Shown here in pieces: positions 51,423 through 63,510 of a stretch of DNA of 64,000 bases; the first letter of the stretch is position 1; every line of letters starts with the position of its first letter. The stretch is taken from the NCBI GenBank assembly GCA_002269645.1, contig NIVC01001239.1:62001-126000 (forward strand), written 5' to 3'. The translations under genes were made by a program, and so were the position numbers. The DNA is from Macrostomum lignano. Lineage: Eukaryota. Below the pieces are notes generated by a model. That model did not search any database and had not been told where the DNA came from. It was given only the letters and a program-made list of their open reading frames with translations.

Positions 51423-52860
51423 ATGGCAGGCGCATATCCATGTGTGGTCTGTCTGCAGCTAGTTTGCGATGGACAAGAAGCAATTGAGTGTTCTTAATGC
51501 TTGAATTGGCAGCACTGTGCATGTGATAGTCACGTCACAATTGATCAGTATTCTGCAATGAGAAATGTTGGTAGGTTTTTCTGGCTTTGCAATCAATGCA
51601 ATCAATGCTCCTGCAGGTAACTTAGCAGTGTCTCAAGCTGCAGATGCTGCAGTGGTACATGTACAAGCCCCGAATTCTGGACCAGCGGCTGTTCTTCTGC
51701 CTGCTGAAAATCCAGAACCAGTGCATTTGATTCTGGCACAAGCAGAAAATTGTAATTACCATTATCCAGATTTCAATGACCCTGATCTAGCTCTAGAAGA
51801 ATCAATTCAAATTCCTCCAGCAGAGCTTGCACCATCCTGCAGCCCAACTCCCTAGCCCTTTGAGATTCTTACAGGTGCAGGATGCAGTCATGGAAAAGAC
51901 CTTCTACTGCAGTATGCCCAACGAGACCTTGGTGGATGCATCTGATGGATGCAAAACCTTGGCAAAATGGCAACATGTACTATTGCTGCACTAAGCGTTT
52001 ATCACTACACTGTCATGGCTCCACCATCTGCCGGGCTGATGGAACCATAGAAGCCTTTGCCCCGCACACATGCAATCCTGTTGATCGGCCAGCTCAGAAG
52101 AGAAAGGCAGCAAAAGAGATAAAGGAGGGAGAAAAGCACATGTTGTTTACCTCTGCTAAAATTATCGCAGAGGAGAAGGTAAGAGAATTTTCACCTGAAG
52201 TGCAGGAGGTGCAGGAGGTCATTGAGTCAATCGGCTGGTATATCCAGGTGCGCAAGTTCGCGGCTGCTATTTCCATTATTGTCAGCCTATCTTCAGGCAT
52301 GTCCAAAATCTTGGCCTTCAGGTGCAGTATTCTACTGTTCTAGCAGTTAAGTTGGTTGTACGCATGCTTCTCTCAATTCCATGCTTGCTGTCTGCTTGTA
52401 TGCTTGATGGTCTGGCAGCCTGCATTCAACAGGCAATAGGTAATGAGCTACTCCTACAGCTAGCCAAGTATGTGTGCACTACCTGGCTGCAGCATCCCAT
52501 CTGGGACCGTGATGCTATCTGCGTCTTCGAGCAGTATAAGAAGACCAACAAAGACATACGAGAAGCCTCATAGAAGCCTGGCATGGTCAACTCAACATGC
52601 GTGGACAGAAGCTGCTGAACTTCTATCTTCTGCTGGACCTGCTCAGCATGATACTGAACGGGTTCAATGGCTACAGCATCAAGTTCACAGGGCCAGGCTG
52701 TTACTCATCACCAGCAGGTGCATGTCAGATATGCACGAGTGAATGCTGCCTTTGAGACACATTGCAGACATCTTAGAGAAGGTACACTCTTAATTGCGGC
52801 TTTTCTAAGGGCCTGTAGCCATCTGCACACTCAGCCTGTCTGGCAGGTATAGTAGCATGC
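51423..52860 (+). pseudogene. PHD-finger + FLYWCH-like + MULE transposase C-terminal relic
   Basis: CVVCLQLVCDGQEAIECS*CLNWQHCAC (PHD, premature TAA); YYCCTKR..CHGS...HTCNP (FLYWCH-like); KYVCTTWL..IWD...VF..YKKTNKDI/EAWHGQLN..LNFYLLL resembles MULE YF..TW..RTNN..EGWH..LN. Stops and frameshifts; catalytic core apparently deleted. Confidence 0.7.
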
Positions 52861-53509
52861 AGATGAGGAGGCTTAAAAACTCATCAACTACCCAAGCCCT
52901 CCGCCTACACCTATTGCCATTTCAGATCATAACAAGTTAAAAAAAGCCAAAAAAATCCGCAACCTTACTTTTTTGCTCCACCCATTGCTATAATTTGTTT
53001 GAACTTCATACTATCCATACCATCCGTACCCTTATTGCCATTTCAGATCATAACGAGTTTTAAAAAGCCAAAAAATCTGCACTTACTTATTTGCTACACC
53101 CATTGCTATAATTTGCTTGAACTTCATACTATACATGCCACCCATACCTTATTGCCATTTAGGATGGGGGGGTTTATTGCGTCATACTTACAGAGCAAGC
53201 AGCCTTTACTTGGGCTTGTCACTGCATGTATGTGTGACTCAGTGCACTGCTGCCTCCATAATTCATCATCATCCTATCATCCCCATCATGCCTAATATTA
53301 TATGAGCTATGCATTCGAGCTATTAAAATGCAGATATGAGATACCTAAACTTTGTGCCCACATTTGCAGAACAGGCCTGATGAAAGCCAGTTGCTTTTAG
53401 TGCAGGGGTTGGCAAACTTTTTACCTCGATTGAGAACCCAGCTCATGACTGCCCTTCTGGGTCCGCTTCGTTGGGCCCCTAAACGAAGCAAGGAGTCCTG
53501 ATGACAACG

Positions 53510-53825
53510 GGCCAGAGGTGAGGAGAGAGGGTAAGGAATAGAGAAGAGAAATATGAGCATAGGATAAAGGAGAGGTGAAGGAATAAAGGAGAAGAGAGTT
53601 GATGAGAGGAGAGATTAAATACGAGCAGAGAGAGAGAAGGGAGATTAATGGAGAGCAGAGAGGAGGGAATGGAGAAGATAATGAAGAGGAAATGAGAGAT
53701 GAGAGGAAAGAGGTGAGGAGAGAAAAGAAGAGAGAGGTAAAGAGAGGAAAGAGGAGAGGGCAGAGATGAGAGAGAAAAATAAGAGACGAGAGTGCAGAGA
53801 TAAGAGAAAAGATGAGACACAAGAG
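53510..53825. repeat. GA-rich polypurine low-complexity tract
   Basis: Direct reading. Confidence 0.85.
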
Positions 53826-54457
53826 GGCACTACAATTTTGCTTACTTCTATTATAACTAATACCTTTACCCTCTACCTTTAACTTTTAACATACACAAAC
53901 AACACATCAGTTTTAGTATATTGAGATAGGTTTGAAACTATTATCTATGATACAAAAATCAAATGTCTTGTGCTAGTAGTGCTACTAGCTTTAGTAAGTA
54001 GTAATACCTGCTGTAAAGGGAAGTATTTTTTTTACTAATCTAATTTTAATAACGAAATCTGTCTTCTCTAAGACTTGAAGCTAGGTCATACCCTACCCAA
54101 ATCACAGCCAATAGAAAATGAGGAAATATATAGACCTATTCCTATCTAAGCAGCCATTCAGAGCTGTGGCCATCTTAGTATGTGGCCATCTTGGTCATGG
54201 ATCATGGACCCCGTCATAGATCCCTGACTCCTTTTAAATCTACCCCTGAGCCTAAACCAAATTTTCTATATTTAGGCCTATACCTATATGTCTATAACAG
54301 ACTATTTCTATTCTATTCTTCTGCTCTGGCTAAACTCAAGATAAAGGCCTTAGTGGCATAATTCTAGTTTCTCACATAAATTTTTTTGAGTTAAACAATC
54401 AACTAATGGCAAGTTAAACAGTTAGTATTTTTAACATAACAAATGTACATAACAAAT

Positions 54458-55527
54458 TGTAAGAGTCACTATTTTGCATATCATTTATATGTACATTATA
54501 CCGCCTTAGTAAATGACTATTTTTCTAAATTGCTATAAACATCTCTGTGCCTGCATAAATAAATCTTTTATTCGCTCGTCGCTATTTCCCCAGCCGCCAT
54601 TCAGTGCCAACCCCCTAATGCCAGGTCAGCGATTGTATTAACGACGAACGAATCCCCTCAGCCACCCATCCGCCAGAGACTAGGCCTCTGTCCCTCATTG
54701 ATGCAGCCAGAACCCCGTCCTCATGGTCCCCACCAAAGCAGCCTGAGAGACCAGTGGTCACTCTGCCACCAACTTACGGAGTTCATCCTATGAGCTAGCC
54801 GCGCCTTCCCAAAATGCCGCCAATTAAGATAGAGCCATTGGACTCTGGTGTGCCACCTCTGATGGCAGGATTCATCAGACAGGGCCAGCCTCTGCAAGAA
54901 ATTGGAGGAAATTTCACTCAAGCTGTTGAGAGTCTGCCCAAAGCTCGATATGCTAATTATCGCTGCCTGGTTATGGCCATTCAGCTCTACTTAATCCATG
55001 CCAGAAGATTTCGTGATGGTTGAGAGTTTCCCTAGTGTGAGACCTTGCAGCCAGTACTGAATAACTTGCACCAGCTGCAGCCAGTGCACGTGATTGCCGC
55101 CTAGAGGCACACGATGTACTATGCACTATCTGACCTTCACTGCGGTCCATACCATTTCAACGAGCAGAGTCTACAGATCGAGATCTGCTAGCTCGGCCAA
55201 GAGTGTGGCTGGCCGCACTGCCACCAGCTGCCCAGTGAATTTAATATGTTTTAATGACATAACTAATAACATATTTTGCATTTTAATACTTCCATTATTA
55301 TAGCTTTTTCTGTAAATATATATATTGTTCTATTTTTTGCTCTATTATTACTATCCTATGTGTAATGTTGAAAATTTTCACTATGTATTCAAATTTATCA
55401 AGCCAGGAAGGCCAGTTGCAAGAGTCACTATTTTGCCTATCATTTTTATGTATACCGCCTTAGTAAATACAACTATTTTTCTAAATTGCTAAAAACATCT
55501 CTGTGCCTGCATAAATAAATCTTTTAT
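54458..55527 (+). mobile_element. LTR-like relic: about 110-bp direct repeats flanking about 850 bp
   Basis: Repeats 54458-54571 and 55417-55527, both starting TG(T/C)AAGAGTCACT and containing AATAAA; purine-rich AAGCCAGGAAGGCCAG just before the second copy. No RT/integrase recognised. Confidence 0.45.
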
Positions 55528-56433
55528 ACTATTAATAGTAAATCTTAGTATCAATTAGTAGCTTACAGTATAATCTAATGTTTTTATTATTTTAATGCAT
55601 ATGCCATATTGATTATGTTTTATATATAAGCGAGAGAATAAATCGAGAAGGAGAATACCTCCTCCACTAGCCTGGCTATAATTAAGGCTTTTCTTTGTGG
55701 TTGTAATTGAACATTGTTCTAAAAATAGACTAGTCTTAGTCATTTAAAGGCACTCTACCTTCCTTCTCCTGGGAGGCTTGTATAGCTAGAAGTGTTCAAC
55801 ACTTTCCATCCCCCCCCCCTTATTCCCTACTCCCTGGGACATTCAGTCCTACCCCGAGTGATTGCCCTCCCCCCTTTCCCAGTAGAACTGGCGCCTGCCT
55901 CTTACCCTTCCCCCTTTTAGTGGATAGTCTATCTACTCAGGTGTATAGGCTCATTCCCTCAGACATACAGTCTGCCCCAGCATCCCCACTCCCAACCCTT
56001 CCTAGTAGAAATCTCCCATATTCATTAGGCAGATTGCCTTTTTACCTAATGCTATATTAGACAGTCAGTCTACTTAGGCCAGCATTCCCTATTAGTGTTT
56101 AGAAATTCCCCATTAGTGCACTCTCCCAGACAACTCTGGTCCACTGCAAAGCAAAGACAGTGTCTTGCTGCTTGGACACTACGTTACCAGGAGCAACCTC
56201 CGGCTATTCCCTATAGTAATAAAGATTGAATATTATCCCCATTCTAAGAAAATCATATTCTAATATCCAAGAACCCTACAACGAATTAGTAGCTAAGTGG
56301 TGGGATCAACGGATCAAGCTATCATAAATAAACACCCCTGTAAACTAGTTTGACCTAACTTGTTTTAACTTATTGAGTCAGTTTTTTAACTCAAAATAAT
56401 TTAATGCAGGAAAATAGGACTATACTGCCCTTA

Positions 56434-57926
56434 GGTAGGGAGTCCAGTCAGCTCCGCGCAAGGCGGGAAAATTTCGAAACAAATGGAAAACAGTATTGAC
56501 TTTAACGGTCTATAGAATGCAAACGAGAAGGTTTTAAAGAAAACCAAGATATACACAAAAGAGCTGATAAAACCTACTTTCTAATGAGTGTTTGTGTTTT
56601 TATATTGATAAAGCATGTACAAAGTTACCGTTCGTCAAAATTTCCGATTTTTTTGCCGAAAGTGTAATTTGAAGCCGTTTTAACGGGAATATATATGGTT
56701 TCAGAAAGTTGAAAATGTAGACGAAAATCATTGGAATATAACAAAATATGACAACTCCAGTTGGAAGTACTGATATTTTGTTAGTTAAAAATAGGATTCC
56801 AAGCAAAAAAAAATTTTTTTATCTAGCCATATACGAGGCTTGAAAATTATTTTTTTCTTTTTCACCCTTAGCGGCAACAGCGATGGCCGTTTTGAATTCT
56901 TTTTTCTAGTTTACGTTCCACGCAGTTTCTAATGCAGAAAACTGCTTGTTATTATGTATTCCCGCATTTACACAATACTAATTCAAAGTTTGAGCCAAAA
57001 TACAGGTAAACTGCCATTTAAAGTAGAAAATGTTGTGCAATTTTTTCAAATATGCATCGATGGTGTTTTTTTCTTTTGTTTTATTATCTAAACTGGCATA
57101 CAAACAAGACGAAACAATGATCTCATTGCCAGCTCTTCCCGCAACTCCAGTGATGGCACCGATGTTTTGGGTAAACAGCAGGAGTAACTATTACTACTGC
57201 TTCATAGGAAAGTGACTCGTCACCTTATTAGTCAAATGATTTTGAGTTTACTATTAAGTTTCATTGCATTGGACATTATATGTGCATATAAGCATGTATG
57301 TACATGAATACAATGGCTGTACAATTTACTTATTAATCGAAAAAAGCAACTTAACTATGCCTCGTCTAAATGCTAAATGCCTCGTCAGCTAATCAGTACT
57401 ACTTTTGAAATGTTTTGAATGTGCATTTTTGCAGCTTACCTTGGCTGGGCCCCTTGCCAGCCAGCTAGATCGGCTTGGTGTTACATCTGGATGATCTATA
57501 TAAGGACAAAACAGGCTTAATTATGGTGTAAGAATTAAAATTCTCAATATAGCATATTTTTTATTTTGAGAATAAAAAAAACTATTAGTTATATTTTTCA
57601 AAGGACTAATGCAAAATAATCTACAAGAAAAATGCTAAAAATGACATATAAAGAATGAAAATCCATTGAATAGTTCAAAAGTTATGTAACTTATTAGTCA
57701 AAAAAATGCTTCTTTTCGCAAAAATGATCACAGTGGCTTATGGGAAAAATACATTACGGAGACAACAAAATATATGGCACTAAAACTAAAAGTGCTATAA
57801 CTTTTTTATTACTTGACCAAAATTCAAAAGTGAGGTGTCATTTTGCTCATATAACTAAGATCTAACAAATGGTATAGAAAATAATTCTGAATTTAGAAGT
57901 TTTAAAATCTCACTGGACTCCCTACC
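56434..57926. mobile_element. Non-autonomous DNA transposon, 1,493 bp, 15-bp perfect TIRs, TTA flanks
   Basis: TTA|GGTAGGGAGTCCAGT ... ACTGGACTCCCTACC|TTA; short - strand transposase-like relic near 57090-57165. Confidence 0.8.
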
Positions 57927-58087
57927 TTAGGCCTTACTAATTGAGGCAAATAATTTTCAACTTTGTTAAAAAATATTGAAGAGGTTGCACTAAAGGCTTT
58001 GTGCAAGGCATTAAACAAAAATGTATTATAACTGCTAACTGTATGTATAGGCCCTAGCAAGTTTAAACTCATAGCTAGGCACTTGTA

Positions 58088-58613
58088 CCATAGTCCGGAT
58101 CATGTAGTATACGCCCGAAAATTCGGGCGTGCATTTGTTTGCACGCCAAAGTTGGCGTGCAATGGCACACGCACTAAAAGTTGGCGTGCATCACTCGTGA
58201 GAAAATAGTATGCGTGCACACCTGGCGTGCACTTTATAGAATCACGCGTAAGAGTTGTTGTAAAGTACGTAAGAAAAAAGATAAAAAAAAGTTCATTTTT
58301 AAGCGCAAATTTCAAGCTTTCCGGGTTTTTCTAGCTCATAAAGTACAATATAAACAAATTTTTGCGTGTATAAACTTTCCGCTGTAAATAATATCGCGAA
58401 GATAGCTTTAAAAGCAACAAAATTATTTAATATTAAGGGTCTATTACGCAATTTTAAAAAAGGTCTTTTATTGTCACAACGTAAAAAAAGGTCATTTATT
58501 GTCGCAACACCGGCATATTTTTTAGAATGGGCGTGCACTAAGTTTTTTTCGGCGTGCATTTGTAATTATTCAATTTTTGTTCGGGCGTGCACCCAGCATG
58601 ATCCGGACTATGG
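58088..58613. mobile_element. Young MITE, 526 bp, 17-bp perfect TIRs, perfect 8-bp TSD
   Basis: CACTTGTA|CCATAGTCCGGATCATG ... CATGATCCGGACTATGG|CACTTGTA; subterminal GGCGTGCA motifs. Confidence 0.92.
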
Positions 58614-60984
58614 CACTTGTAGGCTGTCAATCTGTCAGATCATAGGCCTAGTCAAGCCCAAGGCATGCAAGAAAAATTTTAAAACTGATTAATGGCTTAA
58701 TGAGCTTTGTCAAGCAATAACCCTACGAACTAGATGTATGGGAAAACTTTTGGACCTTGGCTTAACTCACTGTAGACCTACTGAGCATATTATTAGGCCC
58801 TATATTAGTCTATACTATTATCATATAGTATATTATCATATATACTATTATACTATTATATATACTATTAATATATTAGTCTTACCGTTGCCCCATCGTT
58901 TGCCCCATCCCTTGCCTTGTTGCCCCATCTGTTGCCCCATCCCTGTCCGGACGACACTTCCTCTATTTATATGACCCATTCGGGCCGCCAGTTTTTATCC
59001 TCCTTCTTCCCTTCTCCTTCCTGCTTTTAACTTCTTACGTTTTTCTGGTTTTGTACTTAGTTTCTCTTGTTGGTTTAACGTAGCATAACTTAGTTTGGTG
59101 CCTTAAGTTTTTCTTTGGTTAGTTAAATTGGCACCCGGCACCGGCCGCGATCACCGTCGTTTTCAAATAACTTTTCGAATTTAACCAGTAACACTGCCTG
59201 CTCAATAAATAAACCTAGTAATAATTAAAATAAGTTGTTCAATCATCGAAGCCCATAACAGTTTATCTTGAGTTATTTGCCCGTGGGGCGTTAAACAACC
59301 AAATTTATCTCAACTCTAAGCGAGCTCTGAGATCTCAACGTTCCGTAATACGCGATTACGGTGGTGGCAGCGCTACTCTACTGATAGTAATCAGCTCAAC
59401 AACGCATTAACAGATTTTCGGTGTCTAGACCATAGAGTCTAAAGTCTGAACGACCGTGCCGCTTACGACCGCTCGACTACGATTACAACTACCCTCCCCC
59501 CGGACTTGAGAACCCGGCAGTCGGAGTAAAACAGGAGGAAATAATTCGTTGTGATTCGTCTGCGCGATTTCCGGCTTTATTCGTGCGAACTCAACGCCGT
59601 TCGGTTTCGAAGAAACCCACCAATTTTCCAATTTTGTTATTTTCTTTCTTCCTCCGCCCCACCTCATAAGTCCCCGATCCCAAGGTCAAATTCGAATTTT
59701 GTACAGAATTACTACGAAAAAGTTACAGATTATAACAAAATAGTCACGAAACAAAAAAATAGGAGAACTTAAAGCTTTTATGAAGTGTTCTTAAAGAGTA
59801 GTCTTTAGTAGCAAAGCGTATAAAAATTAGTTAACTTATTTAAAATTCTTTGTCGCCTCCGCCAAGCGTCAGGGTCATATATGCGCCAAGGTTACTTTAA
59901 TTAAGCTACAAATCCTAGCTCATTCGTTTGCATTTGCATTGTTTAGCAATTTGACGACCATTATTCACATTTTTAATGCAGAACAATCCATTACTACAAA
60001 CAATGCATTGTCTGTAGGATCGTCAAACAGAAAAACAATGCAAAGAATCAGCAGTCCCAGTGCGTGACAACGATTGTCTGGCGAGCGCCGGTATTTATCC
60101 ATTGCAAATGCACTTGGTTCCTACTACGTACATACGTTTGCATTTGCACTTGCAATTGTAAATTTATAAGCCATATCGACTCCATATAACTTGGAGCTAT
60201 AAAAACTTGTGATGTAGTATAGTATACATACATACAAGCTACACAGGACTACTCAAGTGACATATATCTACTTAAGTTGTCCTTGCATGCATGTACATTA
60301 CCCGGCCCTATGGCCGATGCAAGCTCTGCATACACGTATAAAATTAGCCAACAGCAAGTATACAGATGGTAAAACTAAAATTAAAGGTGATAAAATGTCT
60401 TATTGAAAAAATGCAGCCAGATCATCCAACTCGCGGCTGATTCGAAGATTATACGATTCATGTACCATGTACATGTACCATGTACAATACGTATGTACAT
60501 GGTACATGTGGCTGGCGTCTTACTATACATGTAGGATTCCTTTTTGGCCATCGGTCGGCAACTTTGAGTTCGAGGACCACTAGTTGCTTCAATTGGTCCT
60601 TGTCTAAGTTTCTGATTTGGTTGGGTGAGATCTAAGTACGTTTAGAAAGTCTACTTAAATTCCACAGCTCATTATAGGAGCTGAGCACTGATCTGAGTAT
60701 TTTTGAGTATTTTGAGTATTTTGACTGAGTTTGACTGAGACTGAGTATTGCACTTTGCACTTTCTTTGGCCTGTCGTGATACTTTTAATTGTACATCTAA
60801 GCTGTACGCTGTACTCTAAGCTGAGAAGGTGTAATAGAAAGACACGGCGATGCGATTAGCATTGTTTTTAATTGTATTGTACTGCAAAGCGCCAGAAATT
60901 ATAAAGGAGCATGTGAGACGCTGGAAGGAAACAGGTTTTGCGCTAGAAGGAAACAGTTGAGGCGTGTCACAGACGTATAATTAC

Positions 60985-61885
60985 AAAAAAGTCATTCCTA
61001 ATCACCAGAAAGTCACTCCCGATGCCATAAAGTCGTTTCAAATCACCAGAAAGTCACTCCCAATCACCAGAAAGTCACTCCCGATGCCATAAAGTCACTC
61101 CCAATCACCATAAAGTCACTCCCGACGCCATAAAGTCACTCCCAATGCCATAAAGTCACTCCCAATCACCATAAAGTCACTCCCGATGCCATAAAGTCAC
61201 TCCCAATCACCCTAGAAAGTCACTCCCAATCATCAGAAAGTCACTCCCAATCATCAGAAAGTCACTCCCAATGCCATAAAGTCACTCCCAATGCCATAAA
61301 GTCACTCCCAATCACCCTAGAAAGTCACTTCCAATCACCAGAAAGTCACTCCCGATGCCATAAAGTCACTCCCAATGCCATGCATAAAGTCACTCCCAAT
61401 CACCATAAAGTCACTCCCGATGCCATAAAGTCACTCCCGATGCCATAAAGTCACTCCCAATGCCATAAAGTCACTCCCAATCACCATAAAGTCACTCCCG
61501 ATGCCATAAAGTCACTCCCAATCACCCTAGAAAGTCACTCCCAATCATCAGAAAGTCACTCCCAATCATCAGAAAGTCACTCCCAATGCCATAAAGTCAC
61601 TCCCAATGCCATAAAGTCACTCCCAATCACCCTAGAAAGTCACTCCCAATCACCAGAAAGTCACTCCCGATGCCATAAAGTCACTCCCAATCACCATAAA
61701 GTCACTCCCGATGCCATAAAGTCACTCCCAATCACCCTAGAAAGTCACTCCCAATCATCAGAAAGTCACTCCCAATCATCAGAAAGTCACTCCCAATGCC
61801 ATAAAGTCACTCCCAATCACCAGAAAGTCACTCCCAATCATCAGAAAGTCACTCCCAATGCCATAAAGTCACTCCCAATCACCAG
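60985..61885. repeat. 20-23 bp minisatellite (AAAGTCACTCCC core + AATCACC/GATGCC/AATGCC variants)
   Basis: Direct reading. Confidence 0.96.
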
Positions 61886-61990
61886 ACTCTAAAATACCGG
61901 AAGCCGTACATGCAGATCTCGCTGCACAGCTCCACCGTCACCGCCAATGCTAGCTGTTTGACTGCAGTGAGGCATATTGAAACCGGTCTG
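61883..61990 (-). pseudogene. Fragment of a WSC-domain paralogue (PVSICLTAVKQLALAVTVELCSEICMYGFRYF)
   Basis: GCAGATCTCGCTGCA(C/A)AGCTCCACCGTCA shared with 63277-63304; ends at the minisatellite edge. Confidence 0.65.
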
Positions 61991-62785
61991 TATGGAGTGG
62001 TTTTTCAGCTACGAGTACAGTACATGGCTTTTCGTATAGATATGAGCTGTGTTGCAGATGGAGCATCAATGTCTGCCAGTCTGCCTGCGTCTGACACTTT
62101 ACGATGCTTTTCTTTACTCTACTTGATATGTTGATAAGCATTGACGTGCAAGCGTACGCGATATGCAGCCCTTCTCAGAGGGTAGTGGGTCACAGAAATC
62201 GCTTGAAATGGTAGACTGATAGGAGCGAAGAGGTGTTGGATACTGGAGTGACTCAGACGTTGGGTAAGAGAGATCTCAAAATTAAGCTCACAGAAAATGA
62301 ATCTTGAATCAATGATCATTTATCGTGCTTGCAGCGTTGCAGTAAACGAAAACAGACTTCAACTGAAATCTAAGAATTTTCTAAAATGCTGTCGTTATTG
62401 AACTGCCACAAGCTAAGTGACATCCACATGGACACAGATTCGTACGCAGACACACGCTCACTCTAGGTGTACACAGCGCGGCCCTGACTTTCTCTCTGAG
62501 CCTTGCGGGTTGGCTCCTTTGTACATATTGTGTCCCAGGAAGCCATTGTGTGAAATATTTTTATGGCTACTTTTCATTGTTTCAGTGTCGCGGTATCTCT
62601 GTGGAGCTAAAAACAGGCTTATTGCTGTTTAGATTTGCAAATTCTGTGTAAAAGACTTTGAAGTCTGGGCACAGCTGTACACTGAGGTTGCCGTTTGAAT
62701 GCGATGATCCGGTGTATTTCTAAGAGCAAACGAAGACCACAGTCCAAATCTCTGTCTGATCAGAACAGCCTGAACTCAAGAATGC

Positions 62786-63510
62786 TCAGCCGATGATCCA
62801 CACATCGCCAGTCTCGTTGGCGAAGGCGGTGGCGAAGCTGCTGAGGCGGCAGAGGCCGCTGCTGCTGTTGAAGCGATAGGAGGAGCAGCTGGCAGTCCGG
62901 GCACAGAAGACGACGCAGTCTTCCAGGCTCTGCGCCTTGACGCCCCAGCCCAAGGCGCCGGCGAATGCAGCGGTGGTAACCAGCTTCGGAGCTGCGAACT
63001 TGTGAAAGTTGATCTGTGATCCTGTAATTCGAGAGAATTATGAGGTTTCATACCAATTCCTAAATTACGTAGTAATGCCTAAAATACCAAAAGTACTGTG
63101 TGGTAGTATTCGCTCGCTCAGTGGGTGCCTGTTCTCGTAGATGGAGTTTCTGTAAATTCCACCGCAGATTTGGTCGGCATTTCCAGAGCAGCTGGTGTTG
63201 CACTCAGATTGCGGCGCGGGACCCCAGGAGCCGTAGCTGGAGTCGCACATGCAGTTATTGAAATGCCACCGTAGACGCAGATCTCGCTGCAAAGCTCCAC
63301 CGTCATGTCGGCTCTTTTTACAGATGCCTGGGCCATGTAGGTGACGCTGATTGGGCCGAGTTGGGCGATGCCAACGAGTCCTCGCAAGTCTCTACCAGTA
63401 CCGCTGTAGTCAATGAAGCAGCCGACATAGACCGGAGTGGCCTTGCGCTGGCACAGCAACCCGGAGACCAGCAGAGCCGCCACCGCAAAGATCACGAGCT
63501 TGTAGCGCAT
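62786..63510 (-). pseudogene. Secreted WSC + PAN/apple-domain gene, 2 exons (63510-63088, 63021-62786), frameshifted within WSC
   Basis: Signal peptide MRYKLVIFAVAALLVSGLLC; YVGCF..MTVELCSEIC / CMCDSSYG..SECNTSCSGNADQICGG..RNSIY (WSC, split over two frames); 66-nt GT-AG intron; SLEDCVVFCARTASCSSYRFNSSSGLCRL (PAN-like). Could be an assembly error rather than a pseudogene. Confidence 0.7.

Larger units (their letters stand above)
51014..54196 (+). mobile_element. Decayed Mutator-like (MULE) element
   Basis: 35-bp inverted pair 51014-51048 / 54162-54196 (32/35 identical) enclosing the transposase relic; true ends and TSD not resolved. Confidence 0.6.

Noticed and set aside
53403-53420. CAGGGGTTGGCAAAC hAT-like terminus
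   Set aside because: No matching opposite end found.
59280-59310. GGCGTTAAACAACCAAA resembling a SINE 3' tail
   Set aside because: No tRNA-like head or A/B boxes seen.
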